DNA of 64,000 bases, taken from positions 207,328,001 through 207,392,000 of the forward strand of contig OX597814.1 in the NCBI GenBank assembly GCA_951406725.2, in the 5' to 3' direction. Origin of the DNA: Octopus vulgaris. Taxonomy: Eukaryota. The translations under genes were made by a program, and so were the position numbers. Below are positions 1 through 13,134 of the stretch, one piece after another; the first letter of the stretch is position 1, and each line of letters begins with the position of its first letter. Under the pieces are notes generated by a model that was not told the origin of the DNA, did no database searches, and was given only the letters and a program-made list of their open reading frames with translations.

Positions 1-778
1 CACAGTATGCTGTAACCAATATTTATATAAGCTCAACTTAAACCTCAAAGCAACCTTTACTGAAAGACATGGTATGTTTATGGACACAAAAAATATGTCT
101 TATGTTGCAAGGTGTAATATGTAGTTAAAATTAGATTGCTATTTATCAAAGCCTCATCATTTTCTATGTTACTGAATGCTTGCAATAAAGTACTTGAACA
201 TTGCAAGTTCAAGTTTCTTCATATTCTCTCTTTAGATCCAATTCCAAGTTTGAGTGGCTTTAGTAGACAAACTGAAAGAAGCTTATTGTGTGTGTCTTGC
301 CACAAATAGACATATGATTGATTGTAAATGAGCATTATCATCATACAAGTGAGGTTGTTAATTTCCAGTCTTTTTGTGAAAAACATGACTAGCTATGAGG
401 AAATATCACCTTGCTTGGAAATGGGTTAGGGTTGGCAACAGGAAGGGCATCTAGCTATAGAAAATCTGCCTTAATGAATTCCATTTGATCCATGAATGCA
501 TGGAAAAGAGGATGTTAAATGATGATGACATCTTGTTTGAGCACATGATACTTTATAAAAAGTTTGTACATTATGATGATACTGTGACAAAATGTGACTT
601 AATTTAATTATATTAAAACCTTACAGCATGTGGCATTTCTTGTGTCCAAATATATTTGGTCTCTCAGTCTTTCTTCTGTTCAAAGTAGTGTGCAGTTCTG
701 TGGACAAACAGAAGACATATACATGTGGAGTGAATTGCTAAAAGTTTAGAGATTAATTAAATATATTTTGTTTCTTAG

Positions 779-824
779 AAACCGGATTATTCTTGAAGCT
801 GAAGCTAATGCTGCTGCTAAGAAG
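779..824 (+). CDS. FLOT1: Flotillin-1 internal exon (NRIILEAEANAAAKK); upstream exons lie outside the window
   Basis: tttcttAG acceptor and GTtggt donor; resembles flotillin-1 'QLIMQAEAEAASVR' and joins the next exon in frame. Confidence 0.85.
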
Positions 825-1299
825 GTTGGTACCAATTCTTTGTCAAAATAGTTTGTGTGTATGTGTACTTTTGAGAGAGACTGTGTGCATGCATGTTCCT
901 TGATGCAGACATCTTCTTTGGGGGAATGCATCCATCTTCTTTAGAGTGCTTGTATGCTCCATATAGTTGATTTACTGTATATTCAAAGGTTTACATCATT
1001 ATAAACTATGCCACTTTTTCTTCTGAATCATTTAAATCTTCATTGTTTGAATGTAATTTGCTCATATTTAATTATATATATATATAGTCTTACTTATGCA
1101 TGCATAGAAGTAATTAAAAAAATCAGATGTTAAATGATGATATATATATAAACACACATACACAGAGGGTATCCTAAAATTAAGGCAAGCAATTTTTTTT
1201 CCATTTTGCCAAAGCAAAATATTGCTATATTTCAGGTCTGAGCATTGCAATGATAAAGGAAACACAATTATGACACTCTCACATTTATTCTAAATGACC

Positions 1300-1962
1300 A
1301 CTTCTGTTTCAAATCACAGCCTTAAGTCTAGATATGCTTCACATGCTGCATGCGGCTGTTCTTGTGGAATTGAAGCCCATTCCTGGTGCAATTTTTCCTT
1401 CAGAGCATCAAGCAAAACGTCAAGTGCTCAAGACCCTTGTCTCCAAAATGAACCAAACTGAAAAATCCAACTGGTTGAGATCAAAGCTTCTTGAGGGCCA
1501 TACATCCTTGCCTATGAACAACGGAATATTTTCCTGAATCCAGTGTTGTGTCTGCTTGGAGTTGTGGGATGGTACCAAGTCCTGTTGGAGACTCCAAAGT
1601 GCACCTCGAAAGTGCCTCATTTGCCCATGGAAGCAGTTCAGTTTCCAGAATGTTGCTAATGTATCGCTGAGTGTTAATTTAAATACTCGAGAGCATAAAA
1701 ACGAGGTCAGACCTTCCAGTGGCTGTCACAGCCACCCAAACCATAACTGACTGTTGATTTTAACATTGATTTATGAGTCTACCCTTGACTTAAGCCAAAT
1801 ATACTCCAAAGTCAGTCATTCTGGTGTTTTACTGTCTGTACGATGTCAAATTTCTTTTCAGAATTAAGTTTTTATAATGATTTATAATTTTCATATCTTA
1901 TCACATTTATTGATAGCTATTAAAGCCTGAAACTTTGGTTGCTTTAATGTCAGGACGACCTG
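1300..1962 (-). mobile_element. Degenerate Tc1/mariner-superfamily transposon fragment
   Basis: Minus-strand peptide QQD..PSHNSKQTQHWI..WPSRSFDLNQLDFSVW; TA-CAGG terminus at 1962. Confidence 0.75.
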
Positions 1963-2035
1963 TATGTATGTATGTATGTATATATATATATGTATAAACA
2001 CATATACACATATTTATAAAATGCTATTTTCTCAG

Positions 2036-2173
2036 ATGAAAGGCGAAGCTGAAGCTTATGCTATTCAAGTGAAGGCAAAGGCTGATGCTGAACAAATGAA
2101 ACACAAGGCTATTGCTTGGCAGTCATATGAGGACGCTGCTAAAACCGATATGATCCTGGAAGCTCTTCCAAAG
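2036..2173 (+). CDS. FLOT1: Flotillin-1 exon (MKGEAEAYAIQVKAKADAEQMKHKAIAWQSYEDAAKTDMILEALPK)
   Basis: ctcAG/GTaagc; 138 nt, phase 0; matches flotillin-1 'MRGEAEAFAI..ARAEAEQMAKKAEAF..Y..AA..DMLLEKLP'. Confidence 0.95.
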
Positions 2174-2474
2174 GTAAGCCACTCTTAGAACTCTACTTGA
2201 TGTTTAACAATGTTACTACATCTCTTTAATTTATTTGTGTACAATAATTGCTTATTTAATACTACCTTGTTTAGTACTTAGGTATGTTTTGTGTGTTTGT
2301 TTTCTGTTTCTTTCGTGATATTTTTTGTAGGATAACGTTACATTATTATAATAATTCTATGCTAAAATATGATTTGCACTTGTACATACTCTCACTAACA
2401 CTCACTTTGTTCACACAATGGCAAACAGCCTGCAACTTCAAGTACTAAATGCTCATCGTGTGTACTAAAGAACA

Positions 2475-2581
2475 TTGGGTACTTGAAATTTTACACTCAG
2501 TGTGATCATCATCATTGTTTAAAGCAGATGTTAAACGATGATGATGATGATCACACTGAGTGTAAAATTTCAAGTACCCAA
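2475..2581. repeat. Fold-back palindrome with 41-bp perfect arms containing an RTE 3' tail
   Basis: ttgggtacttgaaattttacactcagtgtgatcatcatcat and its exact reverse complement. Confidence 0.9.
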
Positions 2582-3245
2582 GTAATTGGAAGCTGGCCAT
2601 TGTCTGTGTATTTGATGAAGTTTTAAACTTGGTCATATCAATGATTGGAACAATCATGAAAATGCTGACAAGATAACTTCTGCCACAACATCCTCATTGT
2701 TATTTGCAAAAAAAGTGTGTCTCATTCAAGCTGTAAATCTTTTTAAAAGTAAGATATGGTTGCTATGAACAAAGAAATGCAACACAACACGCCATTAATC
2801 CAATAATGAAGTTTCAGAAATAACACTAGTTTACTGAGAATAACTTTGCCTGGAAGCTTTGCAGCAAGGCAGGCAAAAGTGATCTAGACATGATACCTTG
2901 ATTCAGTGAATTTATTTCTGAGAGAATATACAAAAACTTGCAGGATGGCTTTAAATGTATTTTTCAAAATGGTAAAAGTCCCAGCCTGGACCTTTCATCT
3001 CAGATGTTGCCACTTTTGTTGAATTTCTCTGCAGATTTTCAACTGAATTATTGGTCAGTAGGCTTTTGTATTCCTAATTGAAACTGATTAGTCTAACCTG
3101 TATCAGAATGTTATAACAACATCAGATCTTAATTAACCGTGTCTAATTTAACATTTGATTACATTGTGTGGGATTATCTAAAATTAAGTGTTTAGATGGT
3201 GTGACAATGAGCCTCCAAATTTTTCCAAGTATTACTGTAATATAT

Positions 3246-3549
3246 CATGTGATCACGTGACCGACCAGACCATCAGATGTTGTTACACATCGCTGGTCAC
3301 AATGCGTTCGCATTGTTTTAGCCTTCGAATGACGCCACCCCGCTGGCTAAGCGAGCAGGCCAACAGAAGAAAGAGTGAGAGAAAGAGTGGTGAAAGAGTA
3401 CAGCAGGGATCACCACCCCCTGCCGGAGCCTCGTGGAGCTTTTAGGTGTTTTTGCTCAATAACACACACAACGCCCGGTCTGGGAATCGAAACCGCGATC
3501 CTCCGACCGCGAGTCCACTGCCCTAACCACTAGGCCATTGCGCCTCCAC
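3246..3549 (-). mobile_element. tRNA-derived SINE, family C
   Basis: A/B-box head; TSD actgtaatatat; related copy at 18627-18995. Confidence 0.85.
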
Positions 3550-4059
3550 ACTGTAATATATACTTATAAATAATGCTACAACCTCTCTATGGTTAAGAAG
3601 TTTGCTTTGTTCATGTTTCCAGTTTCTGTTGCTTTGTGAGACATCTTGTACTTTCTAGAATAGCCTTGAAATTTGGTAAATGGAAACCCTGCAAAACTCT
3701 GCAGAAGCCCTTTAAATAAACTGTACATGCCCTTGTGTCAGGAAATTAATCTATCACTCAGTTCAACAACAACATGAAACTCTTAGGTGACTTTACTGAA
3801 GTTAACAATATTGCAAACATTTGGATTCGATCTCTGGTCTGAAAATAACTTGATGTCTTGATACACTGCTTCCAACTGTACTAAACCAGTTTTGGAAGCC
3901 CTGCATAAAGTTAGAGATGCTGCTTTTCTGTTCTTGCTAGGCTAATATTTTTTATAATAAACTTAACTCTTCTTTTAGTATTGAATCTCCACATCAGCAC
4001 CTTAAATTATCATAAATGAATTTCTAAAGCAAAATGTATTTTTCTCTCTTCCACTACAG

Positions 4060-4227
4060 ATTGCTGCAGAAATTGCGGCACCATTGGCTCAGTGCCGTAA
4101 GGTAACCATGGTTTCTACTGGAAAGAGCGAAATCGGTGCAGCTAAACTGACTAACGAAGTCCTCCAGATCATGGAGAAACTGCCACATGTTATTGAGGGA
4201 TTGACAGGAGTAAATCTCATCAGTCAG
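4060..4227 (+). CDS. FLOT1: Flotillin-1 exon (IAAEIAAPLAQCRKVTMVSTGKSEIGAAKLTNEVLQIMEKLPHVIEGLTGVNLISQ)
   Basis: ctacAG/GTaagt; 168 nt; matches the flotillin-1 C-terminal 'GAAKVTGEVL..LP..VE.LTGV'. Confidence 0.95.
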
Positions 4228-5040
4228 GTAAGTTTTGATATTAGAAAATAAAATGATTTATTCCAATAAGAATGAAATGACAGCCTTTCTTTTTTTGAAT
4301 TTATTGTCCCTTAGACCACCATATTTTATCTTGCCCTACACCCAACTTTCTCTCGCTTTTTGTTTCTCTCTCTGTCTCCTGCCCCCACCTGTAGCTTGCC
4401 CAAACATGTTATCTCTTTTGTTTTTCCCCCACATCAACTGTATCATCATTACTGTCCTGTTGCTGCTCCCTTCTTGCATGCTGGTATCTCCTTAAGTTCA
4501 GGCACCATTGACAATTCCTACCCACCCACCCTCATCCACCCCCCAACATGACTCAATCCTTACAGACGTTGCCTACCTCCCTTCTCCCTTTTCCCCCATC
4601 TCTCCCCTTTCGCACACTCTTGCAAACCCCAACCCACTCACTTCGACTTGCCTTGTACCTTGAGGCGCCACCCAGACATCTTACCACCACTATCTGTCTT
4701 CACAGCTACTACTGACTCATTTTTCTGTCCTAAATGTAAGTAGCCATGTAGCTCCCCTGCTCCCCTACCCATTTCATTCATACTTTAACCTACTAGCATA
4801 GAGACCCTTGTAGGCTTGCAAGTTTCAAGGCGATCTCTCTAGTGCCAGTGACATAAGAAAAAGTGGTTGATATTAGGAAGGATATTCAGCCTTAGAAACC
4901 ATGGCATAGCAGACAGAGTACAGTGCAGTCCCTGGACCCATCAGATCCTATCAAACCATCCAACCCATGCTAGCATGGACATTAAATGATGACAATTATT
5001 AAATTTTTTTTCGTTTTGTTATTTTAATTTCCTTTCACAG

Positions 5041-5085
5041 GTGATCACGAATGAACATCCGTCTAAGAAGTTTACTTTGCAATAA
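5041..5085 (+). CDS. FLOT1: Candidate alternative terminal exon A of flotillin-1 (VITNEHPSKKFTLQ*)
   Basis: Long T-rich tract ending cctttcacAG, in frame with the previous exon; AATAAA overlaps the stop codon. Confidence 0.5.
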   Translation: MITNEHPSKKFTLQ

Positions 5086-6309
5086 AGTAGTTCCAAGATT
5101 GGTCCCCCTGCGTGGTACTTTTGGCAAGTGATTTTTAGCCTAAACTCAGTTCTTCCTAATCCTTGACTGAAATAGAGTAATTGGAAACTGCAGAAGCTCA
5201 TCAACTGAACCATATCTGTTCCTGGCTGGCTGACCTCCACTGCCTTCTTTAACACCGGTGCCACCTGGTCCTTGAGGTCCTTTAAGTGGATTGGGTCCTG
5301 TCTGTTGCAAGCATTCAGACCATATTTAGTCTCTGACAATATCCCAATATCTTCCTCTATTACAAGTTTAGGAGTCCTGCAAAAAGTTTGAGACTGCCTC
5401 TCTCTCTCCCTCTCTCTCTCTATAGCTAACCATAAAATGTAATAGGGAAACAAATTATTGAAAAAAAACCTCTACCTTCCACCTAGCTGGTCTGGTGCTT
5501 ACTTATCTCCAATGTGTGGGTTTTTTTTGTGAATGAGAACACACAGTTCACTATGGAGAGGATGCTAGTCTATTTCAGAAAGTGTTGAATTCAGTTCTAC
5601 TCCTCTTCAAGATATAACTTGTCAATATTCCTACTCTATAGACTGGGTTATTTTGAGCAAAGTGTTATGTCTTTATGAGCATAAATGCTAGGCTAGAAAA
5701 GGGGACAAAGTGCCTATCTCTTTGTTGGATTGTCCAGTATCATATCTATTTGGTAATAGTAGTGTTTAGCCTAGGTCAGCTGTGACCAAGTGTTCCAACC
5801 AATACATCCTGTCTTTTAGACATAATGTATTTAGAATATCTTTATCCTGTGTTCTCTAGTTGAAAATGGTAGGATGTGATATGAGGAAGATTTGGCTGCT
5901 ATCTTTAGTAGGTTAAACATCCACTTAGCAGCTCTCTTACTGGCTTACCTCTTTTGTTTGAATAGGTAACATCATTGAGACTGAACTGAAATATACGTGA
6001 CTGATTGTTTTAAAGTTTAATTCCCAGCTTATACCAGAACGGATGGGTTCCCTTCTTGTCATAATCGACACATTATGTTGAATCCAAAAATTGTGTCTGA
6101 CATACTCTGCAGTATAGTTATGTGTATTTTCCATTTAACATGTGCTTTTTTCCTGCATGTTGTGTGGAATAACTTAGTGTTAATATCAGGAAGGGCATCT
6201 GGTTCTAAAAACAGTGCTCAAAAAGTCTTGTCCAACCCATGCTGGCATGGAAAAACTGACATAATCATGATGGTGATAGGTCAGCTTAGAAATAAGACTG
6301 GTTGTATGA

Positions 6310-6465
6310 GTGGGTTTTTTGTTCTGTTTTTCGGGGGGAGTTTTTTGTTCTGTTTTTCGGGGGGGAGTTGTTTGTTCTGTTTTTTTTTTGGGGGGGGAGT
6401 TTTTTGTTCTGTTTTTCAGGGGGAGTTTTTGGTTCTGTTTTTCGGGGGAGTTTTTTTGTTCTTTT
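6310..6465. repeat. ~25-bp minisatellite (gggggagttttttgttctgtttttc)n
   Basis: About 6 tandem units seen directly. Confidence 0.85.
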
Positions 6466-6748
6466 TATATTGGCTTAAAATTTTGGGGTCCTTCTCTTTA
6501 TTTTACACAACTAAGTTTTAGATCAAACAACTTCCATTTCTTGTACTAACAACATAAATATTATGTATCAATCTTATGTATATATATGTCTCAAATCTTG
6601 TGCATGCATGTGTGTGCGTGTGTGTATGTGTGCGTGCGTGTGTGCATGCATGTGTGCCAATCTTCTGGATCTATGTTTCATGCTCTTCATTATGTATATG
6701 CTTGTCAATCTTTTGTGTGTATTTGTTAGTGTTTTATATATATATATA

Positions 6749-6877
6749 TAGGGTGTCCCCAAAAAATGTATACACATAGTGGTTCGGCAAAAGAGAACGA
6801 TAGAATAAGTACTAGGCTTACAAAGAATAACAAATTTACAATTATTTAAGGTGTGTATACATTTTTTTTGGGACACC

Positions 6878-6880
<3 letters not shown>
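6749..6880. mobile_element. Tc1/mariner-type MITE in a (TA)n tract, with an internal SINE fragment
   Basis: ~27-bp TIRs agggtgtccc..aaaatgtatacac. Confidence 0.75.
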
Positions 6881-6931
<51 letters not shown>

Positions 6932-7019
6932 CAGTCTTCTGTGCATACATGCCAGTGTATCTATATGTAGTGTATATGTCTGAACAAATATTTATGAATA
7001 TCATCTTTATATTTTTCAG

Positions 7020-7049
7020 ACAATGGCATCCTCACGTGCTATGGTGTAA
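7020..7049 (+). CDS. FLOT1: Terminal exon B of flotillin-1 (TMASSRAMV*)
   Basis: tttttcAG acceptor, in frame, followed by a long TE-poor U-rich region. Confidence 0.7.
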   Translation, partial: TMASSRAMV

Positions 7050-7720
7050 ACAGATAATGGTTTGGAGTTTTTGTGGTGTTTACCATGACAGCTCATATGA
7101 AAAGTATCAGTAACTCTGGAAAAGTTCATCAATTTTCTTTTTCATCAATACTCAAAGAATCAGTGAACGCTGATCTTCCCCTGTCTGGTTTTTTTTTTTT
7201 TTTTTTTTAATCATTTAGCCAGCTATTTCAAGTTATTTGATATCTGTAATTTGTTTTATTGGCTTTCTAAATATCTTTATATGAATTCATAAGCAAATCT
7301 AACTTTGCCTTCATTATAAAAAATTTTTGTGATGAGCAAATGGTGTAGCTGTAAAGTCCTCGGGTAAATGGGGATCATGTGTCGCCCAGCTTTCAGTTGC
7401 TGATTGAGAATGAAACAAATCTTAACCGATTCTGCTTATGTTTGTGGAAAAAGTATTGACATCACAGCATCCCATTTTCCTATCTCCCTTAAAACTGATT
7501 TCATACTTAAGAAATTATTATTATTATCATTGTCATCATCTCATAATCACTATCTATTCAGTATTGTTATATTTTCTTTTAAACACCATACTTACAAATT
7601 ATTTTATTCTCCAAAAGTTTATTCCATTTTAGAAAAGATTACTTCAAATACATTTTTGAACATCCTGATTTTTTTTTTGTTTTTCTTTTCAATAAAATGA
7701 GTATCATATTTTGCAAATCA

Positions 7721-7751
<31 letters not shown>

Positions 7752-8661
7752 AATTATGTTTTGGTAAATAAATTTATCACTATATTTTTTTCCCTAAGAT
7801 CCTTGCCAGAGAGTAAAGAGAATTTCTATAAAATTTATTGCATTAGTGTTTAAAGAAAGGATTGCCACTTACATTTTATTTAAACATCATTGTCATTATT
7901 ATTACTGTCAAACATAGATACCAGCCAAGTACTATTGCTTTTGTTTGAAACACATATACACACACACACACAAATATATATATACACACAGTTGTTGTCG
8001 CAACAGAATGGCTATTGACCAAGAATACTAAGTAATCTTTACATTAAGTGGGGTCACTTAGAAAATATAACTTATATCACATCGGCCAGCCAATACCTAT
8101 GGAAAATGGTACAACTTCAGCTCGTGAGAATGGCAGTCTCTGTGATGGACCATTCAGACAGATTTTGTTTCCTGATTCCACAACCCACTATTCTCATTGG
8201 CAAAGATCAACTTGTTTCTCCTATTCCCTAAAATATCACAAACAAAAGGAAAATAGTTTTTGGCTGGATAGATTTATATATATATATATATATAAATATA
8301 TATATATATACATCTTCAATCCTGTGTAGTCATGATGTCACTAAAACTGAAAATATATCGATTAATTTACATAATTATTAAACGTTTCCATTTTTATTCC
8401 AAGAATTTCATAAAATCCTATTTAATATAAGCAATCTGATGGAATTCTTGATAACTTAACCTTTGCCTCTTTGGAAAATATTTTCCTTATCTTTAAATAT
8501 TTCTAATATTATTTTCTAAAGAAAAAAACAAACTAAAAACTCTTAAATGTTACAGATGCTGATGATCCATTTGCTCTTTCAAGTATTTAGATAAGCTTTT
8601 TTTTTTCCTGTATTTCTTTATTTAGTCAAACTTAATGATAACAGTAAAGCAATCTATGTTG

Positions 8662-8699
<38 letters not shown>

Positions 8700-9076
8700 G
8701 TTTTCATTCTTTCTTTGACTAGTTTCATATTCTAAGGTTTTATGGGAGGGAATGTCCTTTTTTATTAATTAATTCCGCTTAATAAAACGAATTCATCAAA
8801 TTCTTTTTCCGTAGCTCTGACAACATATTTTGTTGGCGGTAGCACTTGTTATTTATACAATAGTTGATGATTCTAAGAGTTTATCAATTGATTAATTAAT
8901 TTGGGATAAAAAAAAATTAATTTTGTTTTTATGAATTTGCTTCATCTCTTAAAACATCAGGCATAAATGACAATAACCATTATTTCAATTTGTTATGTAG
9001 TGTTTAATTGAATTTTTTGCAGAGTTTACACGAGTTATTCATTGTCTAATGAAATCTCTTCATTAATTATTATTAT

Positions 9077-9107
<31 letters not shown>

Positions 9108-10885
9108 GTATGAATCACTATTTTCATATACATTGTTAACTCAGCATAATTTTTCATCAGCTTTGAGTGTCTTAATTTGGAACTGTTTACCATCTTGGGT
9201 ATGTCACTGTTTAACTACGAGAATGTTGAGCCTTCAACTAATTATAAACTCGTTTAAAATGCTTCAAGCCTATTCTATGCTTATGGCTACTAATTTCTCT
9301 CTGAATGGAAATTAAAAAAAAACATGTTTATGTATCTAAAAATTCCAACTATTTAAAATATTTATGTAAAAGAAATATATAGCATTTTACTTCAATTTCA
9401 ATTGAAAAGAAATAGATGATTTGCACAAAAAATTTCCCTGCAGCAACATTACTTATGGACTATACGGAATATTAAAAGAAAAACATTTTTTAACCATTTG
9501 ATGTGGTATGCTTTTTGAGATTGTCCATAACTCTTTTTGTCTTTAAAAGTAGGTGCTCTTAGATAAATACAGTTATTTTTTATAATTATTTGTGTTTAAT
9601 GTCAAGTTTCCAATTTAGCTACAAATAATGAATACAGAAATGTATTATGCCATTATTTTTTGTTATTGCGTTTTGTTCCATAATGTAGATAATTTAAAAT
9701 ACCAACTCAACAATCTAGCGAAACAGCCCAATATTATATGGATATATATTAAGTGCTGCCGTGTTAGTTGTGAAGCTTAAGAGGCCATTGTTACAAGCAT
9801 AATGTTAGTTGATATCTTTGCAGTTGTTGACCTTCAACTGTTTCAGAATATTCTATAATTGTCACTGATTTGCTTCAGAATTTTCTTAATGCCAAAGATA
9901 AAATAAAGATTGGCCAATTAAAAGTTGGTGTTTAGTGGGAGTTATATTATTCTTACTCTAATCAAAGCAAAACTTCTCTTAAGTTTCTATGATTATAAAA
10001 TATTCATTTTTTTATTCCTTTATTAATAATTATTTATATTCACTGTTGATTTTTAAAATTGATGCATAATTGAGTTCAATTATCAAGTTGAAGATAATAA
10101 TTCATTTTAAATTGGACAGTAGAAATCAATAGGTCTCCTTCTGTTCAATTGTTTAGTTTCTCTTGACAGTTTTACCATCGAAGCTGAATTAACTTTTTTT
10201 TTTCAACTTGGATGGTTGCTGCAGTCTCTAAAGTTTTTACAAAAGATTGTATTTACTTTGCAGACTAAACTCAAGTGTGAAATTCTTATCTAACATATGA
10301 GAATTAATGTATGGCCTGAAATAATAACTGCTGAATCCTGTTGTTGCTATTTCACCATAAATTCCTTTGTATATATATATGTATACTACTGAGTTGATAA
10401 ATTCAACTGTTTGCCATACTTTAGTTCACCTACCAGTAAGATAATAGCATTTGAAGATAATCAACTATTTAAGGTAACACAATATTTTTGAGAAATTTCA
10501 ACTCAATGCAAATTTACTTGAAAATTTATTGTGCGGATAACCTTCAGTGCTATGTTTTACTGAAGCTGAATGAAATGTGGGTTTAGTCTTCTGGTTGACA
10601 ATGGAGTCAGTGTATTGCTCAACAAAAATCAAAAGAACTCTCTGAGGTTAGTTCAAATATAGTATATATATACATACACACAATTCTATAATAGTTTCAA
10701 AAGAAATAAGGTTTTAATGTATGCAAAAATGCACATCTATAAGGTTAAGTATTTCTACAATCCCACCCAACTCCATGCTGTTGTATCTGTTTATGATCTT
10801 TCTTGTATTTTGCTCTCTTTGTAAAAAAAAAAAATAAGCAAAAAATAAAAACTTTGTCTGGAAATAAATAAATTTTTTATTTTAT
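7050..10885 (+). other. Probable long 3'UTR of flotillin-1
   Basis: ~3.8 kb without recognisable SINE/LINE copies; AATAAA at 7691, 10844 and 10863, the last followed by a U-rich tract. Confidence 0.55.
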
Positions 10886-11194
10886 TTTATTTTACTTTAA
10901 ACTTCCTAATCACAAAAAACAAACAAACCCACCACCTTCTCTTGTCAAGATCATTTTCTCTTGATATAAGATAGGAAGGAATATAGTTTTACAAGATGCC
11001 CTTCTTACTACATCCAACCTTCCTATCAGGTAATTTCTTCAATGATGTAAAGGTACATAAAGACTGGTAACAATTTCTGATGTTACAAGGTTTTTTGGGG
11101 AGAGTTTTTTTTTTGTTTTTCTGTAAACCACTCTTTATTCTAAAACTTCAAATCAGGGATAAATTTGTTTAATCAGTATGGTATTTTTAGTCAA

Positions 11195-11425
11195 GGTAGC
11201 GAATTGGCAGAAGCGTTAGCACGCCAGGCGAAATGCTTTGTGGTATTTTGTCCGCCGCTGCGTTCTGAGTTCAAATTCCGCCGAGGTCGACTTTGCCTTT
11301 CATCCTTTCGGGGTCGATAAATTAAGTACCAGTTACACACTGGAGTCGATGTAATCGACATAATCCGTTTGTTTGTCTTTGTTTGTCCCCTCTATGTTTA
11401 GCCCCTTGTGGGTAATAAAGAAATA
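11195..11425 (+). mobile_element. SINE family A (ggcggcgagctggcag head)
   Basis: 15-bp TSD GGTATTTTTAGTCAA; more than 10 related copies in the window. Confidence 0.9.
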
Positions 11426-11908
11426 GGTATTTTTAGTCAATTAGTTTTCTCTCTATATTAGAAAAAAAAACTCGTACATCACATCTATTTATCTGTTCTC
11501 TGATTTTCATAGTGCTCTCACACCTTTATACAATCACTGTAGTAACACTGCTGGCTGGGTGGAAAAAAATGTCAAAATAACATAATGTGGGACATCCATT
11601 TTAGTTTTGAATTTTATACACATTCAGCTGAAGGAACAAAACTGTAATTTTAAATAGTATTTCTATTTTAAGTGCCTTTTTCATTATTGTTTATTCAAAA
11701 GTGCTGGAATAAAAGAAATGGCAGTATTGTACTAAATGCTTCTGAGCTTGACATAACCTCTTATCTATGTATACAGATAAATATACTGATATTGATTCTG
11801 ACAATTATACCTCTGCAATACAAATATGTGGCCTTTTTTATAGTTTATTCAGTGAACTTGCATTGAAAATTACCTAAACACTAAATATATATATATATAA
11901 TACACACA

Positions 11909-13134
11909 CAGTCATCTTGAAAGAAATAGACACCACCACTTTTGAAAGATACATTTCTAGAAATAAAATATTTTATGCATTTTAAATACTTAATCTTGTA
12001 TTTAGTAGACATTCCTTGTGCAGTTTTTAATGGATTAATCCATTTTGGGCATCACATTGAATTCAGAAATTGTTTTGTGTAGTTTCTGTCCAAACAGCTC
12101 ACATCCAGTTGAACAAATCTGCCTTTCATATTGGTTTTTGTGGGAGGTTTTCCCACTATTCTGCCAAGTTGCCCCAAAAGTATTCAATGGAGTTTATATC
12201 AGGAGACTGGCTTGGCCAAAGAGTTCTTTTGATTCTATTTTTTTCTCTTGCCAGTTACTGGTCTTTTAAACTATATGGCATGAAGTGCCATCCTCCATAA
12301 ATAAAGTATCATTTTTTTACCAACTGACCATTGAAGAAAATTGAGAAAAGTCCTTTGCAAAGGTTGGAAATGTATTTTACTGAGTTTATGTTGCCAATAC
12401 ACTCCACCACTTCTAAATGACCAATGCTCCAGATTGCTCTCCACACCATCACTGAAAAACTGGTTTATATCAGTTGCAACTGTGAAATAAAACAAACTCT
12501 TGATTAGGCAGTCTTTAGATCAACGCACATCCACTGTCAGAAAATAGGGCAAATCTTAATCCGTCTAGGAATGTGCCAGTTTCCCTGAAACCTTTGGACC
12601 TCTCTACCATCTTATTTGCCCACTCCTTTAGTCTTTGAATTTTTGCTGGTCAAAGAAGAGGTCTCTAGATGTTCTGCCATAGTTATCAAATTGATGGAGA
12701 TACCTCAAAGAAGCACTCCAATTCATTTGGAGTTCTGCAATATCAGCTGCCTTACAATAGGTATTATTTCCAACAATCTGCTTGACAGCCTGGAAACACC
12801 TGTCAGAGGGCCCAGGTCTACCTGAACCAGGTACTGTCGATTTCTTTCCTTTGCTGGTGAATTGTACAATCATTTTGTTAACTGTGCCAAAAGGAGTCCC
12901 AAGGTTTTTATGCAATCATACGCTGGCTAAGTACACCTTCAGATTGACTCACAATACACTCTCTTTAAAAATCAGACAACTCTTTCTCTGCTGTTTGTGG
13001 CATAGCTAGTTGCTATAAGCAATTAATAAACTGTACTCTGAAATGAAAACTAATACATCAAGTTTGATACACCAAGTAGTGTCTGCACAGATAAAACTAT
13101 GATAATGGGTGTCTATTTACATTAAAGATGTCTG
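11909..13134 (-). mobile_element. Full-span degenerate Tc1 transposon
   Basis: Imperfect TIRs cagtcatcttgaaagaaatagacacc / ggtgtctatttacattaaagatgtctg; GSGRP and WPSQSPDINSIE remnants. Confidence 0.85.
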
